DNA of 64,000 nt from Nitrospirota bacterium (lineage in GTDB: Bacteria > Nitrospirota > UBA9217): the NCBI GenBank assembly GCA_963818475.1, contig CAWFSF010000003.1, forward strand, positions 128,001 through 192,000, in the 5' to 3' direction. Within the stretch, counting starts at the first letter, position 1. Each line of letters starts with the position of its first letter. Both the position numbers and the translations under genes were made by a program. Below are positions 29,757-39,570 of the stretch, one piece after another. The notes below the pieces were generated by a model that made no database searches, had not been told where the DNA came from, and worked only from the letters and a program-made list of their open reading frames with translations.

Positions 29757-29975
29757 TTAATGCTTCTTCTCAAACAGAGTTATCTCTTTATAAAGATCGG
29801 CAACGCGTTTACCCTTTACGGCACCCTTCCTGATTTTTGCGTAATCTCCGTATCCGGTTTCAGACTGCATGATAAATCGCGTTGCATTGACCAGTCCGAG
29901 ATTCTTTACCAATGCCTCCCAGCCTGCATCTCTCAACGCATAGCCACTTAGGTTTTTCTGATGTGTTTTAAGCAT
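29757..29975 (-). CDS. Small protein coupled to the PIN gene (probable antitoxin)
   Basis: GWEALVKNLGLVNATRFI...GDY; overlaps the stop codon of the PIN gene. Confidence 0.65.
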   Translation of the reverse strand: MLKTHQKNLSGYALRDAGWEALVKNLGLVNATRFIMQSETGYGDYAKIRKGAVKGKRVADLYKEITLFEKKH

Positions 29976-30430
29976 TCTTAAACACCTCCTCTACGAGAAA
30001 TTCAAGGGGACTGCATACCGACAAGGAAACCGCATTCCGCTCTTTCCTGGCTTTTCTAATGATATTATCGTCACAGGTGATGAAGTATTCCGCGCCGCCG
30101 GATTCAGCACAGGCAAGATGCATTGCATCGAGCGAGTCAAAACCGGACTCTTCTAATAAGGTTGCTCTCTTCTTGATCGTATCGCTCATTTTCACGGACC
30201 GCGACGCCAGAGCAACATAATGGGAAACCCGTTCTTTGCGCTCAGGAAAAGGTGACAGGCTGTTCTCATAAGCCAGCACTGATGAACTGATGATGCTGAC
30301 CACCAGTCATCGTTTTTTCTAAAATAGACAGGAAGGCCTCCGCCTCAAGCCTGATTCTGGCCTGGCTTTGGTCGTCAAAAGGCCGGTTATACACGCTGGT
30401 ATCCAGATATATTTTAATGCGTCGTCTCAT
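29968..30430 (-). CDS. PIN-domain (VapC-like) toxin, frameshifted near 30305
   Basis: KIYLDTSVYNRPFDDQSQARIRLE, then LDAMHLACAE...FITCDD in another frame. Confidence 0.75.
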
Positions 30431-30619
30431 ACTCAAATATCAATGGAATCAATCTGAACATAGAATATCATGATTCAGCACAGGATGACAAGCGACAAAT
30501 GCACTCAATCTATCTATAAGAACCGCTGACTCCTGACTCGTCCCCTGTTTTAAGAACGGCCATGAACAGTTTGTCCAATCACCTGAATTACCGCCTATAA
30601 TTAGAAATCAAGTTATTAC

Positions 30620-30697
30620 AAACTACCCCAAAAACTACCCCAAATTATGAACACTGGAAAACAAAAAAAGAGCTAAGTCTTTTAATGACTTAGCTCT
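30620..30697. repeat. att-arm-like direct and inverted repeats beside the tmRNA 3' end
   Basis: AAACTACCCCAA twice (30620..30643) and AGAGCTAAGTC/GACTTAGCTCT (30669..30697). Confidence 0.55.
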
Positions 30698-30766
30698 GAT
30701 CTCCACCTGAGTTCGATGGAGACTTTCAGAAAATATCAAAATAACCATGTAAAATCAACTACTTAA

Positions 30767-31118
30767 TGGTGGAGGCGGCGGGAATTGAACCCGCGTCCGA
30801 AAACCTTTAGCCAGAAGCTCGTTACATGCTTGTCCCCTCATTTAAAGCTCTCGCCTCATCCAGCGCCTCAGGGAAAGCTTTGGATTCGGCCAGCCCGGTT
30901 TTTCTTATCTTCCCGCCCCGGACGAAGTCGGGAAGACCAGCCTGGTTTATAACGTCTCTGCGGCTGTTCAGGCGCCGGCCGCGAAACGCGCTACCTATTT
31001 AGGCTGCGAGTGCCAGTTCGTTATTGGCAGTTGATCTTTACCATGTGTTTAACGAGCCCCATGGTACCTCGGCATGCAACTCCTGACCTCCGTGTCCCCG
31101 TCGAAGCCTGTCGCCCCC
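30767..31118 (-). ncRNA. ssrA: tmRNA; tag peptide ANNELALAA
   Basis: 5' GGGGGCGACAGGCTTCGAC, 3' GGGTTCAATTCCCGCCGCCTCCACCA, and an internal tag ORF ending LAA-stop. Confidence 0.95.
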
Positions 31119-31231
31119 CTTTCGTAAAGCATTGCGGATTTCGGATTGCGGAATGCGGATTGAACACCCGAACACCACAGCCACTGCGCAATGCGGATCT
31201 GCTATCCAGCATCTCCTATTTATATAGTACG

Positions 31232-31543
31232 CTATTTACTCTCTTTATACAACAGGCTTTCCGCGTCAGCACTGCTCTTCCCGCTGATCCTCACGATCTT
31301 GTCGCGCGACGTGTGGCCCGAGACGATCTCGACCCGGGATTTGGCGACCGAGAACCGGTCCGCGAGGAATTTGACCAGGGCCTCGTTCGCCGCACCGTCC
31401 ACGGGCGGCGCCGTGAGCCTGATCTTGAGGCTGCCGTCCTCGAGCCGGGTGGCCTCGTTCTTCGACGCGCGGGGCTGGATGCGCACCGAAAGGGTAACGC
31501 CCGGGGAGTCCTTATCCTTTGGCCGGCTCTTCGGTGGACGCAT
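31232..31543 (-). CDS. yggU: DUF167/YggU family protein
   Basis: VRIQPRAS, LTAPPVDGAANEAL and GHTSRDK. Confidence 0.9.
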   Translation of the reverse strand: MRPPKSRPKDKDSPGVTLSVRIQPRASKNEATRLEDGSLKIRLTAPPVDGAANEALVKFLADRFSVAKSRVEIVSGHTSRDKIVRISGKSSADAESLLYKESK

Positions 31544-31991
31544 TGCCGCCTTCCTCGTAGTTCACCATCTCCAGGTGCATCTGGATGATCTTCTTCAGGT
31601 CTTCCAGAAAATGATGCCGCATGCGCTTGAGGTTCTGGATCTCGGCATCGAGCTTCACCTTCTGTTCGTGCGCGCTTGCGACGATCTGCTGACTGCGGAT
31701 CTCGGCGTCCTTGATGACGAGCGCTGCCTCGCGCCGGGCATTGTCCTTCTGGTCCTCCATGAGCTTCTGGGTCATGACCATGGTGTTCTTGACCGTTTCC
31801 TCTTTTTGGCGGACCTCGGACATCCGGTCGTCGTAGACCTGGCGGAACTCGCGCAGTTCGGCCACTTCGCGCATGAGCGCTTCCATCTCCTCGCGCACCT
31901 GGTCGAGGAACGTTTCGACCTCCTTTTGTTCGAACCCGCGGAAGGTCACATGGAACCGTTTCTGTTGAATATCGATCGGTGTAATGTTCAT
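31512..31991 (-). CDS. divIVA: DivIVA domain protein
   Basis: MNITPIDIQQKRF..FRGF...EVETFL followed by a coiled coil. Confidence 0.9.
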   Translation of the reverse strand: MNITPIDIQQKRFHVTFRGFEQKEVETFLDQVREEMEALMREVAELREFRQVYDDRMSEVRQKEETVKNTMVMTQKLMEDQKDNARREAALVIKDAEIRSQQIVASAHEQKVKLDAEIQNLKRMRHHFLEDLKKIIQMHLEMVNYEEGGNASTEEPAKG

Positions 31992-32005
31992 GATTGGCCT
32001 CCTGG

Positions 32006-32296
32006 TTATCTCAGACTGTGGCCGAGCTGTTTGAGGTTCGCAATGAGCGCGTAGTCGAGGAACAGGATGATCAGGATGGCGATCAGCGGCGAAAGGTCTA
32101 TGCCTACCTTGTAGGGCGGCGCAAGTTTTCTGATCGGACGGAGCACCGGCTCGGTCAAGCGTGTCAGGGCCTGCACAATGGGGTTGTAGGGGTCGGGGTT
32201 GACCCATGAGATGAGCGCCCGGATGATGATGATCCACTTGTAGATGTCAAGAACGACTTCCAGCACGCTGGCGATGCCGAGGATGATATTGCCCAT
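32006..32296 (-). CDS. yggT: YggT membrane protein
   Basis: ISWVNPDPYNPIV..LTEPVLRPIR..IDLSP. Confidence 0.92.
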   Translation of the reverse strand: MGNIILGIASVLEVVLDIYKWIIIIRALISWVNPDPYNPIVQALTRLTEPVLRPIRKLAPPYKVGIDLSPLIAILIILFLDYALIANLKQLGHSLR

Positions 32297-32316
32297 GTGT
32301 TCTCCTTCGTAGTTAA

Positions 32317-32441
32317 TTAATGCAAACGAATTAAATATTGTTACATCCAGGAAAGTCCCCCCTCGCCCTACCCTCTCCCCGCTGGGGAGAGGACAAAGGT
32401 GAGGGGCAAATCAGTAACGAATCTAAATGCGTTTGTATTAG
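32317..32441 (-). mobile_element. 125-bp MITE-like element, copy 2 (interior inverted)
   Basis: Interior is the exact reverse complement of 16724..16848. Confidence 0.85.
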
Positions 32442-32456
32442 TTACGAATAAAATTT

Positions 32457-32611
32457 TACTCAAAACGGCTAGAATATTTTGCCACGAAGGCACGAAGACA
32501 CAAAGTACGGCCTTAATCCAATTATTAAAACAGTAGCTTAAGCAAATTTCGTTTTTCTTCGTGACTTCGAGTCTTCGTGGCAAATTTTGGTTCCGGCTTG
32601 TCCGGGTTAGG
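32457..32611 (+). mobile_element. Asymmetric-ended element, family B, copy 1
   Basis: Left end CTCAAAACGGCTAGAA, right end TCCGGCTTGTCCGGGTTAGG, internal GCCACGAAG/CTTCGTGGC hairpin. Confidence 0.7.
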
Positions 32612-32636
32612 TATAGATAAAAAGCTTGAAAAGGTT

Positions 32637-32780
32637 CTTTGACACTGAAGAAGCGGATTAACCTATGATAAAAGCGGATAAAGACCGAGTGTTTTTCTGT
32701 TGAGACGTAGCCTGCGGGTGAATCCCTCTTAGATAGATCCGCAGTTATCCGATTTTTATCCGTGTAAATCCGTGTCAAAG
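32637..32780. repeat. Palindromic intergenic element, family C, copy 1
   Basis: Ends CTTTGACAC/GTGTCAAAG with CGGAT/ATCCG subrepeats; homologous to 38688..38828. Confidence 0.75.
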
Positions 32781-32792
32781 GTCTTATTGAGC

Positions 32793-33684
32793 TTATCGTT
32801 TCTTCACGTCTTTTTTTGCAGCTTTTTTCACGGCTTTTTTAACGCCACCCTTTGCCCTGGCAGCGCTCACGGTCTTCCCGCCGAGCTCCCTGCTCCTTCT
32901 GGTCGCCGCTTCCACTGCGTTCATCAGCACTGCCCGGAGCTTCCCCTTCTCCAGCTCGTGCATGCCGGCGATGGTCGTGCCGCCGGGAGAGGTCACCATG
33001 TCCCTGAGTTTGGCAGGATGCTCTTTGGTGTCGAGCACCATCTTCGCCGAACCAAAGACCGTCTGAGCGGCAAGCTCCAGCGCCAAGCGGCCGGGGAATG
33101 CCGACCTTCACGCCTGCATCGGACAGGGCCTCGATGACCGTGAACACAAAGGCGGGACCGCTCCCGGAGAGCCCGGTCACCGCATCCATCAATTTTTCGT
33201 CAACAACGACCGCTCTGCCCACGGCACTGAAGATCTCCTGCGCCAGCGCCAGGTCCTCGTTCGTCGCGCTGCTTCCCTTTGCCAGGCCTGCTGCGCCGGA
33301 GAGCACCAGCGCGGGCGTGTTCGGCATCACGCGGATGACCCGGGGGTTGGCCGTGAGCGCCTGTTCCAGGCGGCTGATCGTGATGCCTGCGGCAATGGAG
33401 ATCACGAGCTTCGAGGAATCGGCAACACCCGCGATCTCCGCAAGCACGGCATCCATCACCTGGGGCTTCACGCAGAGCAGAACGATGTCCGCCCCCTGCA
33501 CCGCCTCCTGGTTGCTCTTCACCAGGTTGAGGTTGTATTTTTTGAGATAGTCGAGCCGCGCCGGAGACGTATCGGTCACCACTATCTGACGGGACTTCGC
33601 GACATCTGCCGACAGCATCCCCTTGATGAGCGCCTCGGCCATGTTCCCGCCGCCGAGGAAAGCGATCTTTTTATCTATTGCCAT
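32793..33684 (-). CDS. proC: Pyrroline-5-carboxylate reductase (frameshift near 33088)
   Basis: [22 protein letters not shown] and VTSPGGTT. Confidence 0.93.
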
Positions 33685-33714
33685 GAACCCTCCGGATATA
33701 CTAAGGAATCAAAC

Positions 33715-33888
33715 CTTCTCAAAACGGCAAGAAATTTTCTCGCAAAGGCGCAAAGGACGCCAAGAAAATCTTAAGCCACGACTTGCTTTTTGTTTTTAAA
33801 CCAGAAAAGATCTTGGTTCAAGGTTCCCTTTGCGCTCTTTGCGAGCTTTGCGAGAGACGCCTTTTTGTTCCAGCTTGTCCGGGTTAGG
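33715..33888 (+). mobile_element. Asymmetric-ended element, family B, copy 2
   Basis: CTTCTCAAAACGGCAAGAAA...TCCAGCTTGTCCGGGTTAGG, with a different internal hairpin (CTCGCAAAG/CTTTGCGAG). Confidence 0.7.
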
Positions 33889-33907
33889 GTGCAATCCGCA
33901 ATCAGAA

Positions 33908-34592
33908 CTACCTCTCCCCGAATATCGCCGTTCCCACCCTGACCAGGGTCGCGCCTTCTTCTATGGCAACCTCGAAATCTCCGCTCATGCCCATGGAAAG
34001 CTCTGCCATCGAAACACCGGGAATGTTCTCTTTATCTATACTAGACGAAAGTTCTCTCAGTTTTTTGAAATAAGGCCGCGAGTCCTCAGGCTTGTCCGAA
34101 TAGGGCGGCATGGTCATGAGCCCTTTGATCCTGATGTTCCTGAGCAAAGCTGCCCGCCTCACAAGATCTACCGCCTCGTCAATATCCACCCCTGCCTTGG
34201 CTGCCTCGCCCGCAATGCTCACCTCGATCAGCACGTCCTGGATTTTCCCGATCTTTGCCGCCTGCTTGTCGAGCTCGGCTGCAAGCTCCAGGTTGTCGAC
34301 GGAGTGGATGAGGTCGAAAAGCTTTACCGCATATTTCGCCTTGTTCGTCTGGAGATGGCCGATCAGATGCCAGCTGAGCACCCGGGCCGAGCTGCTCGAT
34401 CTTCTCTTTCGCTTCCTGCACCCGGTTCTCGCCGAGGACCGCTGCGCCGGAAGTCAGTGCTTCGCGGATTTTCTCGATGCCGACGGTCTTGGTAACGGTG
34501 ACGAGCGTGACCGATGCGGCGTCCCTGCCCGCCCGCTTCGCTGCTGCGGCGATCCTGTTCATCACTATCTTGAAGTTGTCCGCAATAGGCAT
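33908..34592 (-). CDS. yggS: PLP homeostasis protein YggS (frameshift near 34385)
   Basis: VTKT, GENRVQE, WHLIGHLQTNK and LSMGMSGDFEVAIEEGAT.VRVG. Confidence 0.93.
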
Positions 34593-34601
34593 AATGCAGT
34601 T

Positions 34602-34683
34602 TGCCACGAAGACACGAAGGCACGAAGAAGTCCCAACTGATCTTATTTAAATATTTTCTTCGTGTCTTAGTGCCTTCGTGGCG
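34602..34683. repeat. GCCACGAAG..CTTCGTGGC hairpin element (related copy ~37469..37552)
   Basis: Inverted arrays of 8-mers CACGAAGG/CACGAAGA. Confidence 0.65.
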
Positions 34684-34692
34684 AAAGTGTTC

Positions 34693-35439
34693 TCAAGGTT
34701 TTATCATCACCGCCGACAGCATCCTGCCGGTCCGGCCCTCGGCACGGAACGAATAGAACAGGTCTTTTCTGCAGCACGTGCAGATCCCGAGCGAATGAAC
34801 GTTCTTTTCAGCCAGTCCGCTCTGCATCAGCTCCATGCCGGTTCAGCTTCACCAGGTCCAGCCCCCACTTGTCGTTGCCGCGGGAAACAGCGACCTCGTT
34901 CCAGAACAGGAAGTTCTGCCGCACCGGCCCCATCACCGGCTCGTCGACTTCGTAGCATTCCGGCCCGATCGCCGGACCGATGGCAGCGATCATGCGGGAA
35001 GGGTCGGAGCCGAACTCGTCCTGCATCCTGTGTATTGCCTTTTGCACGATCTTCTGCACCGTGCTGCGCCAGCCCGCGTGTACTGCCCCGATGGCAGGCG
35101 TGATCGGATCAATGAGCAGGACCGGAACGCAGTCGGCGGTCTCTATGCCGATGGCGATCCCGCGCGCGTTCGTGATCAGGCCGTCGGCCTGCGACTGAGC
35201 GCATGCTCCGAATAATTCTGTTCATCGACCGTAACGATGGCCTCGCCGTGCACCTGGTTCACCGTAACCAGCCGGTCGGGCGCGATGCCGAAGGCCGCTG
35301 CCACGGCATTCCAGTCGTCAGGAGACTTGATGCCGTTGTTCCTTGCGCCAAGACCGCCCTGCCGCGTGGTGAAAGCATGCTGGATGCCGTCGATGTTGTT
35401 AAGCGCGGGAATGGTTATAGAGCTGGTCGTATACTTCAT
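34693..35439 (-). CDS. pgeF: Peptidoglycan editing factor / purine nucleoside phosphorylase PgeF (frameshifted)
   Basis: HAFTTRQGG, NQVHG, TADCVP, VHAGWR and IGPAIGPECYEV. Confidence 0.88.
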
Positions 35440-35625
35440 GTGACTCTGATTTGCAATGAAATTCCGTAACTATTCCAAGCATGAATCGGTCAAATAACCT
35501 TTCCACAGATCGTGCGAATTTACTTATGATAAGATCGTGTTTAAGGTCCTGTCCATTTCCGCGAGAATTCGCTTTTTATTCGACGTGATCCGTGTAAAAA
35601 ACTCTCAGTGTCTTCGGTGCTTGTC

Positions 35626-37355
35626 CTACTCACACACCCCGCAGGTCTTGCACGAACCGACCCTGCAGACCGGCGTGAATTTGCCTTCCAGCGCCCGCTC
35701 GCGTTCGTTCATAAGATAATCTTTCCGAACTCCGATGTCAATAAAATCCCATGGCAGGGCCTCGTTAAAGGCGCGCTGCCGCGTAACGTAGAAGTCCATG
35801 TCCATGCCGAGCTCTTTGGCCGCCTGCTTCCAGTCCCCCTGCTTCTCGTGAGCAAGCCGGATCAGTCTGCCGATCCGCCGGTCGCCGCGCGAAAGCAAGC
35901 GCCTGGACATATTCCCACTTCGGGAGGTCATGGATCATGTTCATGTTCCCGATCGTGCGCACTGCTTTTTCGAGCAGCCGCTGTTTTTTCTTCAGGCTTT
36001 CGACGGCCTCCATGGGGTCCCACTGGAAGGGAGTGCAGGGTTTCGGCACAAAGGAGTTCACCGAGAGCGTGATCCTGCCGATCCTGCCTGCGGGGCGCGC
36101 ATGCTTAAGCTGGACGTCGCGGACCTTCAGCGCAAGCGTGATGATCTCGTCCACGTCTTCCTGCGTTTCCGTCGGCAGGCCCAGGATGAAATAAAGCTTG
36201 AGGTTCGGGATGCCGCTGCCGAAGACCAGGTCTGCTGCGCGCAGGATATCGTCCTCGGTCACGCCCTTGTTGATCACCTTCCTGAGCCGCTCGGACCCAG
36301 CTTCCGGCGCGATCGCAATGGTCTTGTGCCCGCTCGCCGCCAGGCGGTCGATGAGCGCCTGGCTCACCGAATCCGCGCGGAGCGACGAGACCGACAGGCC
36401 GCCTTCGATGGCGGAGCAGAGCTCGCCGATGGCGGGATAGTCCGACAGCGCTGCCCCGACGAGCCCGATCTTGCCGCACTGCTCAGCAGCCTTTGCAGCC
36501 TGTTGCTTCGCTTCGTCGATACCGAGGTTCCGCGGCGGAAGATAGATATACCCGGCCATGCAGAACCGGCAGTGCCTGCCGCAGCCGCGCGTGATCTCCG
36601 AAAGGTACATGTCGCTGAACTCGGTGTTCGGCGTGAGGATGACCGTTGCAGCCGGCGCCCGGTTAAAATCCTGAGGCCCTGCGTTTGACGATCGTCTCCG
36701 GCGCGGACGGCTCGAGCAGCGTCCGTTCTTTGATGGTGTTGTCGTCCTGATAGACCACATCGTAGAATTCCGGGACATAGACCCCGGGGATCCGGCACAA
36801 GGCCCGAAGCAGGTCGAGGCGGCCGCGCTCCCTGTTCTCTTTATAGACCTGCACGAACTCGCCGGCTACCTCTTCGCCCTCGCCCACGATCACGACGTCA
36901 AAGAAATCCGCGAGCGGTTCGGGATTGAAAAAGGAGCAGATGCCGCCGAGGATCACGAGCGGATCGTCTTCTGTTCGTTCCCTTTTGTCCGGCGGAATGC
37001 CGGAGAGCCGCAGCATTTCCAGGATATTGAGATAGTCCTGTTCAAAGGAGACGGAGAAGGCGAGGACGTCGAACTCCCGGACCGGCCGCTTGCTCTCCAG
37101 GCTGTACAGCCGGGTGTTGCTCTTGGCGTACTCTTCGATATCTTCTTCATCGGGAAGGAACACGCGTTCGCATGCCGTGTCAGCGCGGCGGTTCAGGATG
37201 GAATAGATCTGGTGCATGCCGAGGTTCGACATGCCCACGTGGTAGGTGTTCGGATAGGCAAGCGCGATCGCCACGCCGGCGTCGCGCGCCTTGTAGATGG
37301 TCCCGCGCTCGGCTGCAAGCAGGGCGTCGGTTTTATCGAAGAGCTTTCGTGACAT
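35626..37355 (-). CDS. Radical SAM protein of TIGR03960 type (frameshifts near 36680 and 35900)
   Basis: YPNTYHVGMSNLG, EITRGCGRHCRFC, APEAGSERLR, and C-terminal CKTCGVC. Confidence 0.88.
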
Positions 37356-37582
37356 GCGGGGATTATACTATGGTTGCGGGGATTGGGCAAAGAATTTCAG
37401 ACGAAAACGGCGTTTTGGACGCGGATTTACGCGGATTTTCGCGGATAAAAACGGCTAAAGATATTTCAGCCACGAAGGCACGAGACATCTGAAGAACATC
37501 TTTAACTTACCTGTAAAAAGATCCGCTTTCAGCAGTTCTTCGTGCCTCGTGCCAAAGGACGTTTCAGACTGGCGTCGATTCA

Positions 37583-38491
37583 TCACGGCGGGCACTTGGC
37601 GCAGACCGAGGTGAAGAGCGCTGTGCTGAGGTAGCGGTCGCCGCGGTCGGGCAGGACCACCACGATGGTGCCGCGGTCGAGCCGGCTCGCCATGGTGAGG
37701 GCGCCGTACACGGCAGCGCCGCTGCTCATGCCCGCGAAGATGCCTTCCTCCAGCGCAAGGCGCCGGGTGGTCGTGAACGCGTTGTCGTCATTCACGCTGA
37801 CGATCTCGTCGGGGAAGGCGGGGTCGTAGATCTTCGGAACAATGGACTCCTGCATGTTCTTGAGCCCCTGCACCTTGTGGCCCAGAAGCGGCTCGACGCC
37901 CACCACCCGGATGCCGCTCCGAAACTCCTTCAGCCGCTTGCCCACGCCCATGAGCGTGCCGGTCGTGCCCATGCCGGCAACGAAGACGTCGATGGCGCCG
38001 TTCGTCTGGTCGATGATCTCGCGCCCCGTGGTCTCGTAGTGCGCCCTGATGTTGGCGGGATTGTCGAACTGGTTCGGCATGAAGTAGCGGCCCGGCCGCT
38101 CCTCCACCAAGGCCCGGGCGCGCTTGATCGCGCCGTCGGTGGCCTCGCACCCCGGGCTCAGGATCAGCTCGGCGCCGAAGGCCTCGAGGATCTTCCGCCG
38201 CTCCTGGCTGACGCACTCGGGCATGACCAGGACCACCTTGTATCCCAGGGCCGCGCCGACCATGGCAAGACCGATGCCGGTGTTGCCCGACGTGGCCTCC
38301 AGGATGGTGTCGCCCTTTTTGATATGCCCCGCTTGCTCGGCATCCCGGATCATTGCCAGCGCGATGCGGTCCTTGACCGAACCGCCGGGATTATTGCCTT
38401 CCAGCTTGGCAAAGACCGTTACCGCTTTATTCGTGTTCAGCTTTTCCAGTTTCACGAGCGGGGTGTTGCCGATGCAGTCAAGAACTCCCAT
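37583..38491 (-). CDS. Cysteine synthase (CysK/CysM family, PLP-dependent)
   Basis: KLEGNNPGGSVKDR, ATSGNTG, GTTGT and PDRGDRYLS. Confidence 0.93.
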   Translation of the reverse strand: MGVLDCIGNTPLVKLEKLNTNKAVTVFAKLEGNNPGGSVKDRIALAMIRDAEQAGHIKKGDTILEATSGNTGIGLAMVGAALGYKVVLVMPECVSQERRKILEAFGAELILSPGCEATDGAIKRARALVEERPGRYFMPNQFDNPANIRAHYETTGREIIDQTNGAIDVFVAGMGTTGTLMGVGKRLKEFRSGIRVVGVEPLLGHKVQGLKNMQESIVPKIYDPAFPDEIVSVNDDNAFTTTRRLALEEGIFAGMSSGAAVYGALTMASRLDRGTIVVVLPDRGDRYLSTALFTSVCAKCPP

Positions 38492-38687
38492 AGCCTTCCT
38501 TTGTGGTCCTGCGAGATGCCGATGGCGGCGTGCTCCGGCGGGACAGTACGCGGAATGTGCGACCTGAACGATCGTAGGGAAATATACCAGTTTTGGAGGG
38601 AGGTGAAAAGCAATTTCTTGTATCGCAGGTTCAGCCCTGCTTTTAAACCTAAAAAAACATTGGAACACGGATAAACCTGAAAAAAGC

Positions 38688-38828
38688 CTTTGGACACGGA
38701 AGGAGCGGATTAACTCCGGATAAAAGCGGATAAATCGATAATCACTGCATTTACCTAATGGGTGAACTACATATCAGGGAAAGATCCGCTGTTATCCGAC
38801 CCTTATCCGATTTGATCCGTGTCAAAAG
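38688..38828. repeat. Palindromic intergenic element, family C, copy 2
   Basis: Aligns with 32637..32780 (GCGGATTAAC..GATAAAAGCGGATAAA...AGATCCGC.GTTATCCGA). Confidence 0.75.
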
Positions 38829-38949
38829 CCGTTTTTAGGATTAATTCTGAAAGCCTACCCACCATTTTGGTGATGTGACTTTAGTTCCTAAACTACCGAT
38901 TTTTCCTTGTGATCTCTGCGTTCTCTGGCGGCTAACAACTCTTTTTAGG

Positions 38950-39432
38950 TTAACAGGTATTCGTGTTTTTTTCCCGCACTCGCGGCCTGCTTTTTTCTTT
39001 GACCGCGATCTTTTCCCATGGCGCAACCTCGCCCGGCACGACATGGAACAGCGGGTGGCACTCCGGTCCTGCAAGGTTCCTGAGGCCCCGGTACTTCTCC
39101 GGGTCCCGAGTCCGCAATTTTGACAGAAGATGGGTGATCTCGCAGGCCAACTGTCCCTGCGTGACCGGCAGAGGCTTCCGGAGCCGGCCGCTGCCGATCT
39201 TCGTCCGGTCAAACGAGAATCCCCGCGACAGCGCCTCATCATGAACTGCACGGAGATAGGATGCGATGGCTGACTGCGGAGAGCGGACAGCCCGGAACCG
39301 TTCCAGCTGCGGATGATGGCGGTAGCCCCGGATCCCGCCCTGCAGCACCTTCTGCGCAAGAAGCGCTTCGCGCCAGAGCGCCACAAGACCGCGGGAATCG
39401 AGATAGCGGGGATGGAGGGACCAGAGCCTCAT
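38950..39432 (-). CDS. Pyrimidine dimer DNA glycosylase / endonuclease V-like protein
   Basis: MRLWSLHPRYLD..GLVALWREALLAQKVL..GYRHHPQLERF. Confidence 0.85.
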   Translation of the reverse strand: MRLWSLHPRYLDSRGLVALWREALLAQKVLQGGIRGYRHHPQLERFRAVRSPQSAIASYLRAVHDEALSRGFSFDRTKIGSGRLRKPLPVTQGQLACEITHLLSKLRTRDPEKYRGLRNLAGPECHPLFHVVPGEVAPWEKIAVKEKSRPRVREKNTNTC

Positions 39433-39570
39433 GGATGGGTTCCTGGATGACAACGACAGACAACGCTGAAAAGAACTTTGGCCGCAGATAACATCTGATA
39501 AACGCGATTAAGATAAGTAACGAAGTCTTTTGATACTCAAAAAAGATTCATCTTTGTTGTTCGGTTCTTT

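Noticed and set aside
37583-37605. C-terminal CAKCPP tail on cysteine synthase as a novel redox switch
   Set aside because: A single short motif with no supporting evidence in the window; it may simply be a lineage-typical tail.
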